Shown in pieces: positions 1 through 12,995 of a stretch of DNA of 64,000 nucleotides. Source of the DNA: Macrostomum lignano. Taxonomy: Eukaryota. The stretch covers positions 212,732-276,731 of the forward strand of contig NIVC01001503.1 in assembly GCA_002269645.1 (NCBI GenBank). The letters are read 5' to 3'. The first letter of the stretch is position 1. Every line of letters starts with the position of its first letter. Position numbers and translations under genes: made by a program. Under the pieces are notes generated by a model, which did not search any database, was not told where the DNA came from, and saw only the letters and a list, made by a program, of their open reading frames with translations.

Positions 1-502
1 GGTGGCCCATAAGTGTCCACTGCAAGTTTTAGAAAAATTGGAAAATTGAAAGTATTTTATCAACATAAGCTTCAAGAAGCCCTAAGGCTCTATTAGTCAT
101 CAGACAGACTAAAGCCATGCTCGTTGCATACTCAATTGATACACAAGTGTTACATGTATAGTGATTCGTTTTATACCATAGACAAAAAGCCGTCTGACTG
201 CAGATTTTTAAAAGGCATTCTCTATATAAAACACTGTGAAAAAGGGGGTACTGTACAAAAAAGCTCGCTGCTACTTTCAAAATGAAGCTTGACAAAAACT
301 AAGTTGTGCATCTTGTAGAGGGATAAATTCTGTGCAGGATGGCGAAAAAATCTGCCTTCTACGTTCAATAATAAATTTTAGGGAGCGCTAGAAAAAACCA
401 GCCTCCAACTACTTTCTGTATGATTTGGCCAGTTTCCCATCCCTAGTTTAAGTAGTCCCTGTCCAATATACTAAAAATCCATTCTACAATTTATGCTAGA
501 TT

Positions 503-1065
503 AACAGCATATAACAGCTATTACTTGGGTGATGTGAGCTAGATTAGCAATCCATTCTATTACTTGGGTGATGTAAGCTAGATTAGCAATCCATTCTATT
601 ACTTGGGTGATGTAAGCTAGATTAGCAATCCATTCTATTACTTGGGTGATGTAAGCTAGATTAGCAATCCATTCTATTACTTGGGTGATGTAAGCTAGAT
701 TAGCAATCCATTCTATTACTTGGGTGATGTAAGCTAGATTAGCAATCCATTCTATTACTTGGGTGATGTGAGCTAGATTAGCAATCCATTCTATTACTTG
801 GGTGATGTAAGCTAGATTAGCAATCCATTCTATTACTTGGGTGATGTGAGCTAGATTAGCAATCCATTCTATTACTTGGGTGATTTGAGTTAGATTAGCA
901 ATCCATTCTATTACTTGGGTGATTTGAGTTAGATTAGCAATCCATTCTATTACTTGGGTGATTTGAGTTAGATTAGCAATCCATTCTATTACTTGGGTGA
1001 TTTGAGTTAGATTAGCAATCCATTCTATTACTTGGGTGATTTGAGTTAGATTAGCAATCCATTCT
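503..1065. repeat. Minisatellite, 39-bp unit (ttacttgggtgatgtaagctagattagcaatccattcta)
   Basis: About 14 near-identical tandem copies; produces the spurious 501..1151 repeat ORF. Confidence 0.95.
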
Positions 1066-1720
1066 ATTCCTTTATCGCTGTGGGCCTGATTAGCAACATC
1101 TTTATTGGAATGAATCGGATTTGATTCATTCCCAGCATGACATCGATTCATTCTATTTTAAATTTCATTAGAAGTTCTAGCATTTTACGCACAATGGTAC
1201 TGCTAGTAGGCATCGAAGAATTTTCATCAATAAAATATTAACTCCGGCGACGCCATCGAATGCATACGAAGAGTTTCATTAAGGAAATGCTGTGGAATTT
1301 ATACCTGTCTATTTTGACTGACTTTGCAATGTACGGGAAAGGAGTTTAAAATGCAAAACTAGGCTGACTGCTTGGGCAATCAGCTGGTGGAGACCTCTGG
1401 CGTGTCTGAGGTGGGGAAAGCAAAAAATTAACTGAAAATATGAGTCTGCATAACCCCAGACGCTACATGCTGCTGCTGACATCGCCAAATTGAAGACAAT
1501 TGACGTGCGCAAGAGACAATTGAGACAAAATTATTTTATCAGGAAGAAAAATTATGCCCCCAAAAAGGTTGATGCCGATCGTTGGCACATTGAAGATGCC
1601 AGCTGGCTTGCAGGGGAGACTTAGTCTTTTGTATTTGCCCGAAGGGAGGCGGCGTACAAGGCGGCGGTGCTGTGGTCGGGCGGTCACATCAAAACGCACG
1701 AGTGGCCACTTTCGCCAGAC

Positions 1721-1756
<36 letters not shown>

Positions 1757-2340
1757 TTGTGGTCTGATTCGTCTCCAGCTTGCGCCTGCTTCAGCTCCGC
1801 CTTTTGCTGCTTCTGCGCCAGCTGCTCCTCGCGGCAGCAACAACAGGAGCTGATTGACGCCCGCTGCTGTTTGAGCGCCATCAGCAGTCGCAGGTATTTC
1901 CTGCACCGCTTGCAATGCTGCTGCTGCTGCTCCTGCAGTTGCTGAAGCTGCTCGGTCGAAGTTCGTTCGTGACAGCCGGCCACGTGACCGGGCGACAAGT
2001 TGCGAAAGTCCGGACAACAGGGCAGGCGGAGGTTAGCAGCCTTGTAGCAGGCCATGCTGCAGTGAGTGCCGGACTAGCTGACTCCGTGATGCTCTTGTTG
2101 GCACTGCCGTGTTGCTTTAATATCGTCCCGGACCCGCGTTGATGTTGCCTCGCGTGCCCAGAAACTTGGTCCGCTTATGAATTGACTTCTCATGACCTCT
2201 ATACTTGTCTCGGTCGAAAATATCCTTATTGCACAAAATGTCTATGGGTGATAGGGGTGAAAATCTCAATATTTCCTTTTCGATGCACTCTCGTCACTCT
2301 TAATGCATTCAAGACTCACTCCCGATCAACATAATTAGTC

Positions 2341-2351
2341 AGTCAGCTAGC

Positions 2352-2386
<35 letters not shown>

Positions 2387-2507
2387 CTAGTTAGTTAGTT
2401 AGTTAGTTAGTTAGTCAGTTAGTTAGTTAGTTAGCTAGTTAGTTAGTTAGTTAGCTAGTTAGTTAGTTAACCAGTTAGCTAGTTAGCTAGTTAGTTAGTT
2501 AGTTAGC

Positions 2508-2538
<31 letters not shown>

Positions 2539-2539
2539 C

Positions 2540-2574
<35 letters not shown>

Positions 2575-2584
2575 CTAGTTAGTC

Positions 2585-2658
<74 letters not shown>

Positions 2659-2668
2659 CTAGTTAGTC

Positions 2669-2730
<62 letters not shown>

Positions 2731-2780
2731 CTAGTTAGTCAGTTAGTTAGTTAGTTAGTTAGTTAGTTAGCTAGTTAGTC

Positions 2781-2862
<82 letters not shown>

Positions 2863-2865
2863 CTA
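2341..2865. repeat. (AGTT)n tetranucleotide microsatellite with agct/agtc interruptions
   Basis: Directly visible. Confidence 0.97.
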
Positions 2866-3103
2866 CATAGGGGATTGCTGATATTTTGCACTTATTCTCG
2901 TGTTTACGTTGTTGACATTTTAATCTAAACTACGAGCTAAGTTGATTCGATGAGTACCATAGACGAACCTGCAGCTGCCGCGGCTGCATACCTGCTAATC
3001 AATTGAAAGAACACCAGTTAATTTATTAAACCACCCGAACTGAGAATCGCAGAAAGTGCAGCAATTTATACTAACAAGCCGAGACATTTTATCTTGAGCG
3101 CAG

Positions 3104-4115
3104 CAAGGCCCACTACCGACACTGATGACCCAATTGGCCGAAGAAACGGCTTACTTGCATGGCACCGCGAAATAAAACTTTGGTAAGGACTGCAGGGCCT
3201 AATGCTCGTTGCTCTTTTCATTGCATGTAAGACCGGCGTGAACTCAAATCTACAGATGAAAGGAAATGCTCACGTTTTGGCTCCTCACTCGCTCACCTTG
3301 TATATCATGAACTCACTCATGAACTCACTCATGAACTCACTCATGAACTCACTCATGAACTCACTCATGAATTTAGTCATGAACTCACTCATGAATTTAG
3401 TCATGAACTCACTCATGAATTTAGTCATGAATTCACTCATGAATTTAGTCATGAATTCACGCATGAATTTAGTCATGAACTCACTCATAAAAGTGAGCTC
3501 GCTCACTCACTCATGAATCACTTCATCAACCCAGTACACTCGCTCCGTAGGTGCTGCACCCACTCAGACAAAGGCCAATCTCTCTCCTTCACGCAACCTC
3601 CGCAGGATGAGATTCTGACAATGAGCAGTGGCAGGCCAACAGAGAGCGACGGAGGTGCCCTGAGCAGGGAAGCCATAATCAGCCTAGCGGTGACCCTCAG
3701 CCTGCTGTTCGCCCTCTCCATAGCCGTCGTGGCCGTTGTGATGCGGCTGAAAATGCAGAAGAAGAAATTCATACCGCCAAGGTATTCGACCAATTCCAGG
3801 CGTAAAACCGGCAGTTCTGGCGGTTCGGGCAAGAACAATGACGAGCGGCTGTCGCAGGACATTGTCATACCCGCGGCGCCCGTGACCAGCGCCTCCTCGA
3901 GGCCTAGCGGCGGCGTCAACTCTTCCAACAATGCCAGACGGAGGCAATTGCACAGCTGCAGTCGCAGCTCGCCGACGTCCTCAGCTTCTTCCGGAGCCAA
4001 TCGGCGAAGCAGTTCAACCGGCTGCGACAGCGGCAACTGCATCGCGTCTCCAGCTGCAATTTCTTCTTCTGCAGCTTGCGGTGCGCGCCGTTCTCGGAGC
4101 GCCAGTTATAATTGA
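3104..4115 (+). CDS. 3' exons of an unidentified single-pass (type I) membrane protein; exons 3104-3182 and 3551-4115
   Basis: Acceptor gcgcag| at 3103 with ctaac ~30 nt upstream; donor tg|gtaagg; acceptor ctccgtag| at 3550; phases match (2/2). Peptide contains AIISLAVTLSLLFALSIAVVAVV followed by basic RLKMQKKK and a Ser/Gly-rich tail ending at TGA 4115. The 5' exons are unresolved. Confidence 0.6.
3305..3515. repeat. 12-bp tandem repeat (tcatgaactcac / tcatgaatttag) inside the intron of the membrane-protein gene
   Basis: Directly visible. Confidence 0.9.
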
Positions 4116-4251
4116 GGAGTCAATGCGTTAGCTTTGTACCTGGGAGGAGCACGTACGCACGCTGATGGATTATTGTGCGTTACCCGGGATAAGCCAAGCT
4201 TTTTAACCCATATTTTAATACTCTTTTTTAAATGATAATCACCCTGTTCTA

Positions 4252-5020
4252 TCGCCTCGGTACAACCGGTGAAACCCTGTCCTATATATACCTCGGTACA
4301 ACCGGTGAAACCCTGTCCTATACCTCGGTACAACCGGTGAAACCCTGTCCTATACCTCGGTACAACCGGTGAAACCCTGTCCTATACCTCGGTAAAACCG
4401 GTGAAACCCTGTATTATATCTCGGTACAACCGGTGAAACCCTGTCCTATACCTCGGTACAACCGGTGAAACCCTGTCCTATACCTCGGTACAACCGGTGA
4501 AACACTGTCCTATACCTCGGTACAACCGGTGAAACCCTGCCATTTACATCTGTGCAACCGGTGAAACCCTGTCCTATACCTCGGTACAACCGGTGAAACC
4601 CTGTCCTATACCTCGATAAAACCGGTGAAACCCTGTCCTATACCTCGGTACAACCGGTGAAACCCTGTCCTATACCTCGGTACAACCGGTGAAACCTTGT
4701 CCTATACCTCGATAAAACCGGTGAAACACTGTCCTATACCTCGGTACAACCGGTGAAACCCTGTCCTATACCTCGGTACAACCGGTGAAACACTGTCCTA
4801 TACCTCGGTACAACCGGTGAAACCCTGTCCTATACCTCGGTACAACCGGTGAAACCCTGTCCTATACCTCGGTACAACCGGTGAAACCCTGTCCTATACC
4901 TCGATAAAACCGGTGAAACCCTGTCCTATACCTCGGTACAACCGGTGAAACCCTGTCCTATACCTCGGTACAACCGGTGAAACCTTGTCCTATACCTCGA
5001 TAAAACCGGTGAAACCGGTA
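4252..5020. repeat. Minisatellite, 32-bp unit (cctcggtacaaccggtgaaaccctgtcctata)
   Basis: More than 20 tandem copies. Confidence 0.95.
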
Positions 5021-5195
5021 AAGACATTTTATACTAAGACATATCGTAAAAATGATTCAAGATGAAAAAAACAGACACCTGATGCAACTTTATCTACGCT
5101 ACGGAAGTCGTAATGCGGCAAGTCAATCAAGTGCTGGCCTCACAAAAAACAGACTAATAAACTTTGTGTAACCTTGATGCGACCTGCCCGTCTAC

Positions 5196-8100
5196 TCAAC
5201 AAGCCTTCCTCGTATAGTCATAAGCGGCAAAGCAGTCCGCATTATCATCTCTCAAAACCAAATCTTTCGCGACAAAGCTTTCCTGTTCCGAAAAAGCGCA
5301 TTTGATTTTACTATTTTAATTTGCTTCTTCAATCAGTTTTGTTTTGAAAAGCGTCTAAAAATTTTACTGCGTCAAATTCTGTTAAATTTGAAATTCAATG
5401 ACTTCTGATCTTTTTATGTTGTGAAGCCTAATACTTTAATTGGTTTTCGTTAATATTTGGTTTTTACTACTGTTACCGCCCCCATGCCATTAAACAAAAT
5501 AATTGTCTGCCTCAGGATTGGCTGTTATATGCGTAACTTATTAAAAATTCAATGCTGAAATGTGCTGATGCTGGCAATCATATTTTTTTCATTGCCGTCC
5601 AAAAATTGCTAATTTCGATTCCCAATTGAAAGTCGCAAGCCTCGTGCTCTGATCCCATGGAATATTACATTTATCCTTACTGTATGCATGCAGCAATTTC
5701 TTGTTGAACTCACCGGAACTTCCCTATTCGATATGACCCAATGCTGGATCTTTCCTTTCCCATTGCCGAATGACACACAATTACATCTGATTAAAACACC
5801 TAATGAGCTGTGTTACCATGTAAACCTTTGTGCCAGGCGTGGCAATTAAAGTAAAACTCATATTTTTTCACACCTGTGTACTGGGCATATATGCATTTAA
5901 TGCTTTCAGTGTTCGCAATACCTTCGAATGTACCCACACAGACTGTACGCCCTTATAGCACCACCTGGAGCGTACATTTATAGACACGAAACTGTTTATA
6001 CTTTTCCGTAAACTATTATTAATATATTCATTTATCATAGCTACCGCGGAGTGACTGCGAGTAAAAAACTAATCTATGTTGTCAACAGAAAATTCCCATC
6101 AGCTATTAACCACTAAATTATTTCAGATGCTAATTCTGGGCTAAAGCACCCATTGAAAATTTGATAAATTTTAATTTACTTCAATAATGATTTCTTTATT
6201 TAAACTCCGTGACACTAAAAAGCTGATTTACAGGTCTCTTTTATCTGTGTTTCTTCATCAATCCCATCTTTATCCCTGTTCCTGCATCCCATTTCTTCTA
6301 TCCTCCTCTCCCACCTTTATCCCTGTTCGTGCATCCCGTTTCCTCTATCCCTCTCCCATCTTTATCCCTGTTCCTGCATCCCATTTCCTCTATCCTTCTC
6401 TCCCATCTTTATCCCTGTTCCTGCATCCCATTTCCTCTATCCTTCTCTCCCACCTTTATCCCTGTTCCTGCATCCCATTTCCTCTATCCTTCTCTCCCAT
6501 CTTTATCCCCGTTCCTGCATCCCATTTCTTCTATCCTTCTCTCCCATCTTTATCCCCGTTCCTGCATCCCATTTCCTCTATCCTTCTCTCCCACCTTTAT
6601 CCCTGTTCCTGCATCCCATTTCCTCTATCATTCTCTCCCATTTTTATCCCTGTTCCTGCATCCCATTTCTTCTATCCTTCTCTCCCATCTTTATCCCTGT
6701 TCCTGCATCCCATCTTTATCTCCGTTCCTGCATCCCATTTCTTCTATCCTTCTCTCCCATCTTTATCCCTGTTCCTGCATCCCATCTTTATCCCCGTTCC
6801 TGCATCCCATTTCCTCTATCCTTCTCTCCCAACTTTATCCCTGTTCCTGCATCCAATTTCCTCTATCCTTCTCTCCCATCTTTATCCCTGTTCCTGCATC
6901 CCATTTCCTCTATCCCTCTCCCATCCTTATCCCTGTTCCTGCATCCCATTTCCTCTATCCTTCTCTCCCATCTTTATCCCAGTTCCTGCATCCCATTTCC
7001 TCTATCCTTCTCTCCCATCTTTATCCCTGTTTCTGCATCCCATCTTTATTACCATTCCTGCATCCCATTTCCTCTATCCTTCTCTCCCATCTTTATCCTC
7101 GTTCCTGCATCCCATTTCCTCTATCCCTGTCTCCCATCTTTATCCTCGTTCCTGCATCCCATTTCCTCTATCCTTCTCTCCCATCTTTATCCCTGTTCCT
7201 GCATCCCATTTCCTCTATCCCTGTCTCCCATCTTTATCCCTGTTCCTGCATCCCATTTCCTCTATCCTTCTCTCCCATCTTTATCCCCGTTCCTCCATCC
7301 CATTTCCTCTATCCTTCTCTCCCATCTTTATCCCTGTTCCTGCATCCCATTTCCTCTATCATTCTCTCCCATCTTAATCCCTGTTCCTGCATCCCATCTT
7401 TATCTCCGTTCCTGCATCACATTTCTTCTATCCTTCTCTCCCATCTTTATCCCTGTTCCTGCATCCCATCTTTATCTCCGTTCCTGCATCCCATTTCCTC
7501 TATCCCTCTCTCCCATCTTTATCCCTGTTCCTGCATCCCATTTCCTCTATCCTTCTCTCCCATCTTTATCCCTGTTCCTGCATCCCATTTCCTCTATCCC
7601 TCTCCCATCTTTATCCCAGTTCCTGCATCCCATTTCCTCTATCCTTCTCTCCCATCTTTATCCCTGTTTCTGCATCCCATCTTTATCTCCGTTCCTGCAT
7701 CCCATTTCCTCTATCATTCTCTCCCATCTTTATCCCTTTTCCTGCATCCCATTTCCTCTATCATTCTCTCCTATCTTTATCCCTGTTCCTGCATCTTATC
7801 TTTATCACCGTTCCTGCATCCCATTTCCTCTATCCTTCTCTCCCATCTTAATCCCTGTTCCTGCATCCCATCTTTATCTCCGTTCCTGCATCACATTTCT
7901 TCTATCCTTCTCTCCCATCTTTATCCCTGTTCCTGCATCCCATCTTTATCTCCGTTCCTGCATCCCATTTCCTCTATCCCTCTCTCCCATCTTTATCCCT
8001 GTTCCTGCATCCCATTTCCTCTATCCTTCTCTCCCATCTTTATCCCTGTTCCTGCATCCCATTTCCTCTATCCCTCTCCCATCTTTATCCCAGTTCCTGC

Positions 8101-9131
8101 ATCCCATTTCCTCTATCCTTCTCTCCCATCTTTATCCCTGTTTCTGCATCCCATCTTTATCTCCGTTCCTGCATCCCATTTCCTCTATCATTCTCTCCCA
8201 TCTTTATCCCTTTTCCTGCATCCCATTTCCTCTATCATTCTCTCCTATCTTTATCCCTGTTCCTGCATCTTATCTTTATCACCGTTCCTGCATCCCATTT
8301 CCTCTATCCTTCTCTCCCATCTTTATCCTCGTTCCTGCATCCCATTTCCTCTATCCTTCTCTCCCATCTTTATCCCTGTTCCTGCATCCCATTTCCTCTA
8401 TCCTTCTCTCCCATCTTTATCCCTGTTCCTGCATCCCATTTCCTCTATCCTTCTCTCCCATCTCTATCCTAGTTCCTGCATCCCATTTCCTCTATCCCTG
8501 TCTCCCATCTTTATCCCTGTTCCTGCATCCCATTTCCTCTATCCCTGTCTCCCATCTTTATCCCTGTTCCTGCATCCCATTTCCTCTATCCTTCTCTCCC
8601 ATCTTTATCCCCGTTCCTGCATCCCATTTCCTCTATCCTTCTCTCCCATCTTTATCCCCGTTCCTGCATCCCATTTCCTCTATCCTTCTCTCCCATCTTT
8701 ATCCCCGTTCCTGCATCCAATTTACGTTTAAGAGCTTTTATGCTTTGACAACAGCAAAACTTCACAAGCTCAAGTTGTCATGGTATTAACAATAGAGAAA
8801 TTTGAGCAAGCAGAAGCGTGTAAAAACACTTGATTTGAAAGTGCGAAATTTCATGCTAGGGAAATGAACCTATATGCCTAATTGAATGTAGGATATTTTT
8901 CTAAATCGGATTATGAGTAAGTACAATAGCGGAATTTTTCGGGCGAACTTTTGTGCTGATGCTGCCAAACGCTTGAATGGAAACTTACAAAAAAACACCC
9001 GCCTAGCAGCCAATTTGTCATACAGTAGTAGCTCTCTATTCAACATTTCTCCACATTGGCAGGCAGGCCATCTATCTGCTTGCGAAACTGAGCTTTTGAA
9101 AAAGGTCTCAAGACTTTTTGTGCCCATATGT
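5196..9131 (-). CDS. Candidate orphan Cys-containing protein; exons 9131-8989, 5964-5922, 5786-5714, 5282-5196
   Basis: Four AG/GT-bounded blocks (donors gtaagt, gtattg, gtgagt) with phases matching 1/1, 2/2, 0/0 give an uninterrupted frame: HMGTKSLETFFKSSVSQADRWPACQCGEMLNRELLLYDKLAARRVFFCGAIRAYSLCGYIRRCNCVSFGNGKGKIQHWVISNREVPESFVAKDLVLRDDNADCFAAYDYTRKAC*. No family recognised. Confidence 0.5.
6262..8718. repeat. Polypyrimidine minisatellite, ~47-bp unit (tttatccctgttcctgcatcccatttcctctatccttctctcccatc) with truncated variants and higher-order duplication
   Basis: Directly visible; the 396-aa and 800-aa ORFs here are repeat translations. Confidence 0.95.
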
Positions 9132-9349
9132 CTATAACAGATACGAGTGTACGCAACTCTCTCTTTCAAATGTCAGTGAATGAGACTGCGCTGCCCTTTG
9201 CAACTTTGCGCATCTTCTTTATATCATTATTATTGTCTAAAATTTTCAACAACTGTGCACAAGTTTGCCGTGTAGAAAATTTTTTTGGGGGGGGGGAGGC
9301 TGAATAGTTCCGAAATTTAATATATCTGAAAAGCAGCTCTTCCACAACT

Positions 9350-11146
9350 CCGAAACTTCATATCTCCGACACTTTATATCTCTCTGACACTCAATATCTC
9401 CGACACTTCATCTCCGATACTTCATATCTCCGACAATTCATATCTCCGACTCCGATACTAATATCTCCGACACTTCATCTCCGACAATTCATATACCCGA
9501 CACTTCATATCTCCGATACTAATATCTCCGACACTTCATCTCCGACAATTCATATACCCGACACTTCATACCTCCGATACTAATATCTCCGATACTAATA
9601 TCTCCGACACTTCATCTCCGATACTGCATATCTCCGACAATTCATATACCCGACACTTCATACCTCCGATACTAATATCTCCGATACTAATATCTCCGAC
9701 ACTTCATCTCCGATACTGCATATCTCCGACAATTCATATACCCGACACTTCATCTCTGATACTAATATCTCCGACAATTCATATACCCGACACTTCATAC
9801 CTCCGATACTAATATCTCCGACAATTCATATACCCGACACTTCATCTCTGATACTAATATCTCCGACAATTCATATACCCGACACTTCATACCTCCGATA
9901 CTAATATCTCCGACACTCTATCTCCGACAATTCATATACCCGACACTTCATATCTCCGATACTAATATCTCCGACACTTCATCTCCGACAATTCATATAC
10001 CCGACACTTCATATCTCCGATACTAATATCTCCGACACTTCATCTCCGACAATTCATATACCCGACACTTCATACCTCCGATACTAATATCTCCGATACT
10101 AATATCTCCGACACTTCATCTCCGATACTGCATATCTCCGACAATTCATATACCCGACACTTCATCTCTGATACTAATATCTCCGACAATTCATATACCC
10201 GACACTTCATCTCTGATACTAATATCTCCGACAATTCATATACCCGACACTTCATACCTCCGATACTAATATCTCCGACACTCTATCTCCGACAATTCAT
10301 ATACCCGACACTTCATATCTCCGATACTAATATCTCCGACACTCCATCTCCGACAATTCATATACCCGACACTTCATACCTCCGATACTAATATCTCCGA
10401 CACTCCATCTCCGACAATTCATATACCCGACACTTCATACCTCCGATACTAATATCTCCGACACTCCATCTCCGACAATTCATATACCCGACACTTCATA
10501 CCTCCGATACTAATATCTCCGACACTTTATATCTCTCTGACACTTCATATCTCCGATACTTCATATCTCCGACAATTCATATACCTGACACATTATATCC
10601 CTCTGACACTCAATATATCCGATACTTAATATCTCGGACACTTCATATCTCCGATACCATACATGCGCAACTGCTGGCCGACCTGGCCGATCTGGCCACC
10701 GTAAATTGTGGTGGACCAGGGGTAAGTCGCAAAAATTCCCAGCCTGAAGAATGCGGACATGGTACTAATTAGATGACGAGGCATTTATACCTTATAAGAC
10801 AGTCATAGTTACTCCTGCCGTTTACCCAAAATTGCGTTAGGGTTTCTTTTACAGGTAAGTCGCATTTTTGGTCAAAAAGTAAGTCGCATGGCCAGTGTAA
10901 ATCAGGGGGGTTGCGGATGTATGTCCGATACTCAATATCTCCGACACTTCATATCACCGATACTCAATATCTCCGACACTTCATGTCTCGGACACTCCAT
11001 ATCTCCGACACTCCATATCTCCTACACTTCATGTCTCGGACACTCCATATCTCCGACACTCCATATCTCCTACACTTCATGTCTCGGACACTTCATATCT
11101 CCGACACTTCATGTCTCGGACACTTCATATCTCCGACACTTCATAT
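9350..11146. repeat. Composite tandem array built on the ctccgacac/ctccgatac core
   Basis: Directly visible; interrupted at 10658-10923 by a MITE. Confidence 0.9.
10658..10923. mobile_element. Non-autonomous hAT-type DNA transposon (266-bp MITE)
   Basis: TIRs catacatgcgcaac / gttgcggatgtatg (1 mismatch in 14); perfect 8-bp TSD tccgatac at 10650-10657 and 10924-10931. Confidence 0.85.
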
Positions 11147-12995
11147 CACCGTTAGGATTAAGCCTGTCGGTCTGTCGGAGCTATGAAAGCGCTCCGATAT
11201 TTTCTGCAAACACGGAGACTGACAGCATCGAGTGAAGAGACATTTCTGCCGCATTCAACTTTTAAAGAAAGGAAGGAAGACGGATCGAAAAATGAAGCAG
11301 ATTAAACGGCTTAGCGCTAAGAGGAACTGCGAAGTCGGTGCAATATATGATTTTGCTTGTTATTGATTTGTATTCCTAGCCGAACTTCGAGGGAGTTCGG
11401 CTCTGAGCCTATCGAGGGAAACCCGTCGAAGAAAAATCACTAAGGTTAAAGGGTTTCACTTTCAGCACGCAGAATTGCAACCTAAAGCAAGTTAAAGACT
11501 AAAAAGCAATTAGTTAAAGAGCACAGAAGCCATCATTTTAGCCATTGACCGCTAGTTAATCAGAAAAAAGGCGCGCAGCGATTGTCCGAATACAAACTCG
11601 GCCGCACTGCATTGTCTGACAAACAATTCCACGAATTTGGGAAACAGAAATGAAACCAATAAAAACAGATTAAAAAAGACACCCAGATAAACGATTTTAT
11701 TCGAAAAATAGTTGTTTAAAGGTAAAGGAGAAAATTCGCTAAGAATCCTTAGTAACAAGCTATGCTACGGGCATTAGTACAGTTTATTATTAATAAGAGA
11801 TTGAGATTACCAGCCAAAGACCAAGTCTTACCTATTTAACGCTTGTCCGTTAAATATAAAAAAGTATAAACAATACAGAAAAATGACGTAGAAAGAAGAG
11901 GACAATAATGTGAAACAGGAAAGAAGAGGGGATTTTTCTTTGGAAAAAACTTGCTAACTGCTCAACGCAGTCAATTTTCTTCAAGTACACCTTTGCTTGG
12001 GAGAAAAATATACGATTCTAATAGAGAATCCGAGCTGCAAGGGCGCAGTGATCAGGGAGGCGCTACCGTTACAAGGTCTTGTAGACATGAAATACACACA
12101 CCGACTGCAATTCTCCCACAGGAATGGGAAGCCAGACCAATAAATCGTTAATGATAATAATCATAAATCATAACTAATATTAATAGTAATAGTAAGTACA
12201 GCACAAGAAAGTTGTCGTAGTAAAACTTTACATGAAAGAAGTGCGTTGTTGCTCTTGCCTGCCATGGGCCGGGTTGTTTTGAATGCAATTTTCCATTTTC
12301 TCACAATTAATATGATAATAATATATAAAAAGACAATATGGCTCTCATGAGAATTACTCATCAAACTAATGACTTGTTGGTATAGCAGATTCAGAGAAGA
12401 GCTATGCTTTAAAATAAAGGATAGAAGAAAGCGCAGCTAACTATGCAGATATAACAGGCTTAATACAAACACTGAAAACGAGCCACCGCAGGAAGAGCCG
12501 AAATGTTTCAATTCGCTCCAATCAAATAAAAGCACGAATCAATCAATGGCGGCACTAAAAAGCCCGTTAAACTTTTATTAGTATAATTTAGAATTAGTAA
12601 TAGTTTAGAACACATTCGTTAATATTTACCGGTCAGGCATTATCAAAGCGATTAAACAAAAAATACCATGAAGCGATTGGGGCGGCAACACTAAGGACAG
12701 AGAGAGAAATACAAAACTGTGTGGGCGGCGAGTCCAGCCACTGAACAACTGGCACATTATCTATGCACGCGTATGCTCTGAATTTGTAAGTAAAGCATCG
12801 AATTTAAAATGCATGACAACACGGGGAGGGAGAGCGAGAGACAGACAGTGATTAGGCGTGGGGACAAATAAAAATCAGCTTTATTTTACTAGCTCAGCAT
12901 GCGGAGTCTCGAATTCAATCTATGAAGGTGTCTGCGAATAAATATATAAATATAAGTTTGAAACGGAAGCAGTCAGACTTGACAGGTTGCCAAGG

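Noticed and set aside
1441-2055. Poly-Gln/poly-Cys ORFs and a possible non-LTR RT C-terminal relic (TLHAAADIAKLKTIDVRKRQLRQNYF)
   Set aside because: CAG/CTG repeats give ORFs on both strands, and the RT similarity is too weak to call.
2341-2865. Telomere-like or branch-point (TAAC)n array
   Set aside because: Not TTAGGG; an ordinary microsatellite with no evidence of function.
5922-5964. RPS21-like peptide YSLCGYIRR
   Set aside because: Flanking exons do not match RPS21; probably chance.
6187-8731. 396-aa and 800-aa Pro/Ser/Leu-rich ORFs
   Set aside because: Polypyrimidine repeats cannot contain stop codons readily; no coding signal.
11378-11402. 9-bp-stem hairpin agccgaact/agttcggct
   Set aside because: Isolated; may be a Helitron/HINE end but no partner end was found.
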